Assembly (NCBI GenBank): GCA_013239625.1
Contig: MU053934.1
Span: 7,895,352-7,959,351 of the forward strand
Length of the DNA stretch: 64,000 nt
Reading direction: 5' to 3'
From: Lama guanicoe
Taxonomy: Eukaryota
The translations under genes and the position numbers were made by a program. Position 1 is the first letter of the stretch, and every line of letters begins with the position of its first letter. Below are positions 61,271 through 64,000 of this stretch, piece by piece. The notes under the pieces are model-generated. The model was not told the DNA's origin and ran no database searches. It saw only the letters and a program-made list of their open reading frames with translations.

Positions 61271-64000
61271 AGTTATCCCTTTCTGGTCTGGCTCGATAGA
61301 CTCCAGAGGGAGTCCGTCTTCAGCGGTAAATGGTGAGCTCTTTCCAGCATCAATGTTTGGAAGGTGGCTTTAGATCTGCCAGAGACCACGGATTCACCGA
61401 GGGTAGAGCTTTCAGTACCTCTTTCAGATGTTCTGCAGAGAGGTAGTTGCTGAGGCAGTAAATGCCCCAAAGTGGGATCTAGAGGGTGAGAATGAAGGTA
61501 AGGGGACCTCTCTACTGGCTCCCTAGTTGAGCAAGAAGGAAAAGGAGGAGGAGGAGGAAAATGTGGAGAAAGACTGGAGGGAGGGGGAGGGGGAGGACCA
61601 GAAGGCCACGGCCGTTCTAGAGAGCAGGGGTGGGCTGGGAGATGGGGACAGGGACATCACCAAAAAGAAGAGGAGTCGGAAGTGGGGAAGCACTTTCTGA
61701 GCCATGAAGACAGCTTGAAGCAGTGTTTCCTCCACCTGTTGAAGGAATGGGACATAAGTGATGGAAAGGGCAGGTGGTGGCTGCTCTGTGAGCCTTGGGC
61801 AATGTTACCTGGTGTGTTCACTCCACCTTCCCGTATTTTGAGAACATGGGTGGTGAAGGAGGTGGATTTGACACCACTGATTCCTCTGCTTGTGCAAGTT
61901 GGGAAGCCTGGGCTTCGGGCCCAGCACTGCATGGCCACCAGCTACAGTTTCCACACCATCAACCTCCTCCCCAAAGCCCCGCCCACAACTGAAAAAAAAC
62001 TTGCAGGAATGAAGTCTGCTCCATGAAACAGTGTAACTGAACCACATTGTTCACTGGGTGGAGTACCCTGGTCTACTCCGGTGTCATTCACATTTCCCCT
62101 TTGGGTACAGGCCTGGCAAGGACTCGCAGCGCCCATGGTGTCCTCGGGCCTGGCCGCTCCTTTTTTCACTCCCAGCAGCTTGTGCCAACAGCCCCCATCG
62201 TGTAAGACCATCTGGAGGCTTGTGTTTGTGCCAGAAGCCAAACTATTCCAGTTCCTCAGTGGTGGTGACCCTCACCCTCTTCTAAAGGATAAGATCACTC
62301 ATGGCTGGGAGAAGAATATAGCAATTTAGTAAAATTTACTTGTTACACTTTTTACATTGAAAGAGAAAAGGTGCAGATCTGAGCCCTAGGAAGGCCTGAC
62401 CATCCAACATCAACTGGTACAAAAAGAGACAGCGATTGCAGAGGTCAGGGAAACAGCCCAAGGGAAGAGGGACTCTGATGACGCCCTGAGGTGGAGGTGG
62501 GGCCAGGCGTGGATCTTTAGAGCCCAGTCCGGGGCGGCCTTGGCTGAGGCCATGAAGGACCACATGGGGGCAGGGTGGGTGGAGGGAGTGCAGTTATTAC
62601 CTGAAGGTTGTGAAAGGCTGTGGGGCAAACACATGACGCCAATAAGCCATATGGCCCAGGCCGTTGGCAGAAAGGGAGGAGGAGAAGAAGGCAGTAAAAC
62701 TCAGTGGCAGGCAGAGCCTGTTTCCCCCCTTCCCACAGCCCCTGCCTCCATCCTGACTGTGGCACCTGGCCCCTGATGGGCCGGGATCTTCCAAGAGCAT
62801 TTCATCCCAGATGCAAGACCCAGATTTGACGAGTTGACACCAGCCTACTTGGGCTCTGGAGTGGACTCTGCCGCTGAGGCTTGGGGCAAGTCACTGCCTC
62901 TCTCTGGACCTCAGTTCCCCTACCTGTGAGTCGGGGAAATTGAACTATGTCATAGACCCCAACCGTTTTGAGAACGAGGCTCTCACTTCACAGCTGCACC
63001 TGGAGATTCACCTCACAGTTGTCATTTTAGCCTCCACTGATGGAGAAAATACTGCGACCAAGAGCTGCTGTGAATTCAGTAACACTTTGGAAAAATAAGC
63101 AGTTTATTGGTCACGGCAAATACTGAAAAATGCTGGTCCCTGTGGGTGCAAAGCAATCTATTTACCTTCTACGCGGGGCCCAGCACCTCCAACACCTCCC
63201 TTCCACGTGGCAGCGCCCAGCGCAGAGCCTGCGCATAGCAGGTGCTTGTGAATGGGCAGGTTGTCCCAGTGGAGTCCAGAGGCAGCAGGGCCGTGGGCCC
63301 CGCTGGCAGGCCTGTCTGTGGGTCCAGCTCCTGCGAGGTGAGCACTGGGGTCAGAGAGCGCAGCCAAGGCCTACTTTAAGGAGTCCAGGAGAATAATTTC
63401 CACGGAATATTTATAAAAAGACTTCAGGCCACCAGCTCTGAGGCTCTGCCCATGAGACAAATGAGACGTGGGAGGCCGGCAGGGCAGAGTGACAGACAGA
63501 CCCAGACAGAGGCTCACTGAGAAGGGGGTGGGGGCTGGGATGGCACCCAAGGCCTCCTTCAGGACACAGGATCCAACTTCCTTACTGTCCCCAGGGGCAG
63601 ACCAAGGGTGGAAGGTCCCCATCCGGTGCCTTTCCAGGGCTGGTGCCGAGCAGAGGCCTCCCCAGGCAGCCCCGCAGTCCTGTGAAGCAGAACTGTTATC
63701 CCTTCTTCACAGATGAAGGGACGGGAGCCCAGAGATGCCAGGGGGCTTGCCTGAGCCACACAGCCGGCTAGGGCCAAGCTGAGGCAGGGTACTGGGCCTC
63801 CAGGCCCGTGTTGTCTCAGTCCTTCAAGGGAAGAGGGGGCCTACGCTTCACAGTGTCACCAAGACTCGCCCGCAGAAGCAGAGATCCCAGCCCCAGGGGT
63901 GAACCCTGTTCACGTGTCAGCCTCAGCGTAGCAAGGTGCACTGTCCAGGTGAGCGAGGCGAGCCCATCATGGCGGCCCTGGGATCCGAAGGGCTTCTGAG

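Noticed and set aside
1..64000. Prokaryote-style systems (CRISPR arrays, operons, defence islands)
   Set aside because: The window is intron-containing mammalian DNA; I saw no repeat-spacer array or foreign-looking segment.

Overview
Mammalian genomic DNA, most likely camelid judging by two tRNA-Ala-derived SINEs of the vic-1 type. It corresponds to the EFCAB6 - SULT4A1 - PNPLA5 block (human 22q13 gene order). The window holds: (i) a CpG-island promoter at ~2.5-3.2 kb with probable non-coding 5' exons of EFCAB6 (minus strand, identity inferred from synteny); (ii) the complete 7-exon SULT4A1 gene on the minus strand (855-nt CDS, 284 aa, all GT-AG junctions read by hand); (iii) the 9-exon patatin lipase PNPLA5 on the minus strand; and (iv) many L1, L2, MIR, MLT1 and DNA-transposon remnants. 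Most entries in the ORF track are GC-rich noise. I found no new gene system. The most interesting signals are regulatory: a near-perfect REST/RE1 site in an isolated CpG patch 6 kb upstream of SULT4A1; three perfect CREs at its promoter; a stop-containing cassette exon in SULT4A1 intron 6 with a UGCAUG/UG minisatellite upstream; and a PNPLA5 with an altered GXGXXG loop and a frameshifted last exon that an upstream acceptor could rescue. Comparisons with human and mouse proteins are from memory, not from a search.
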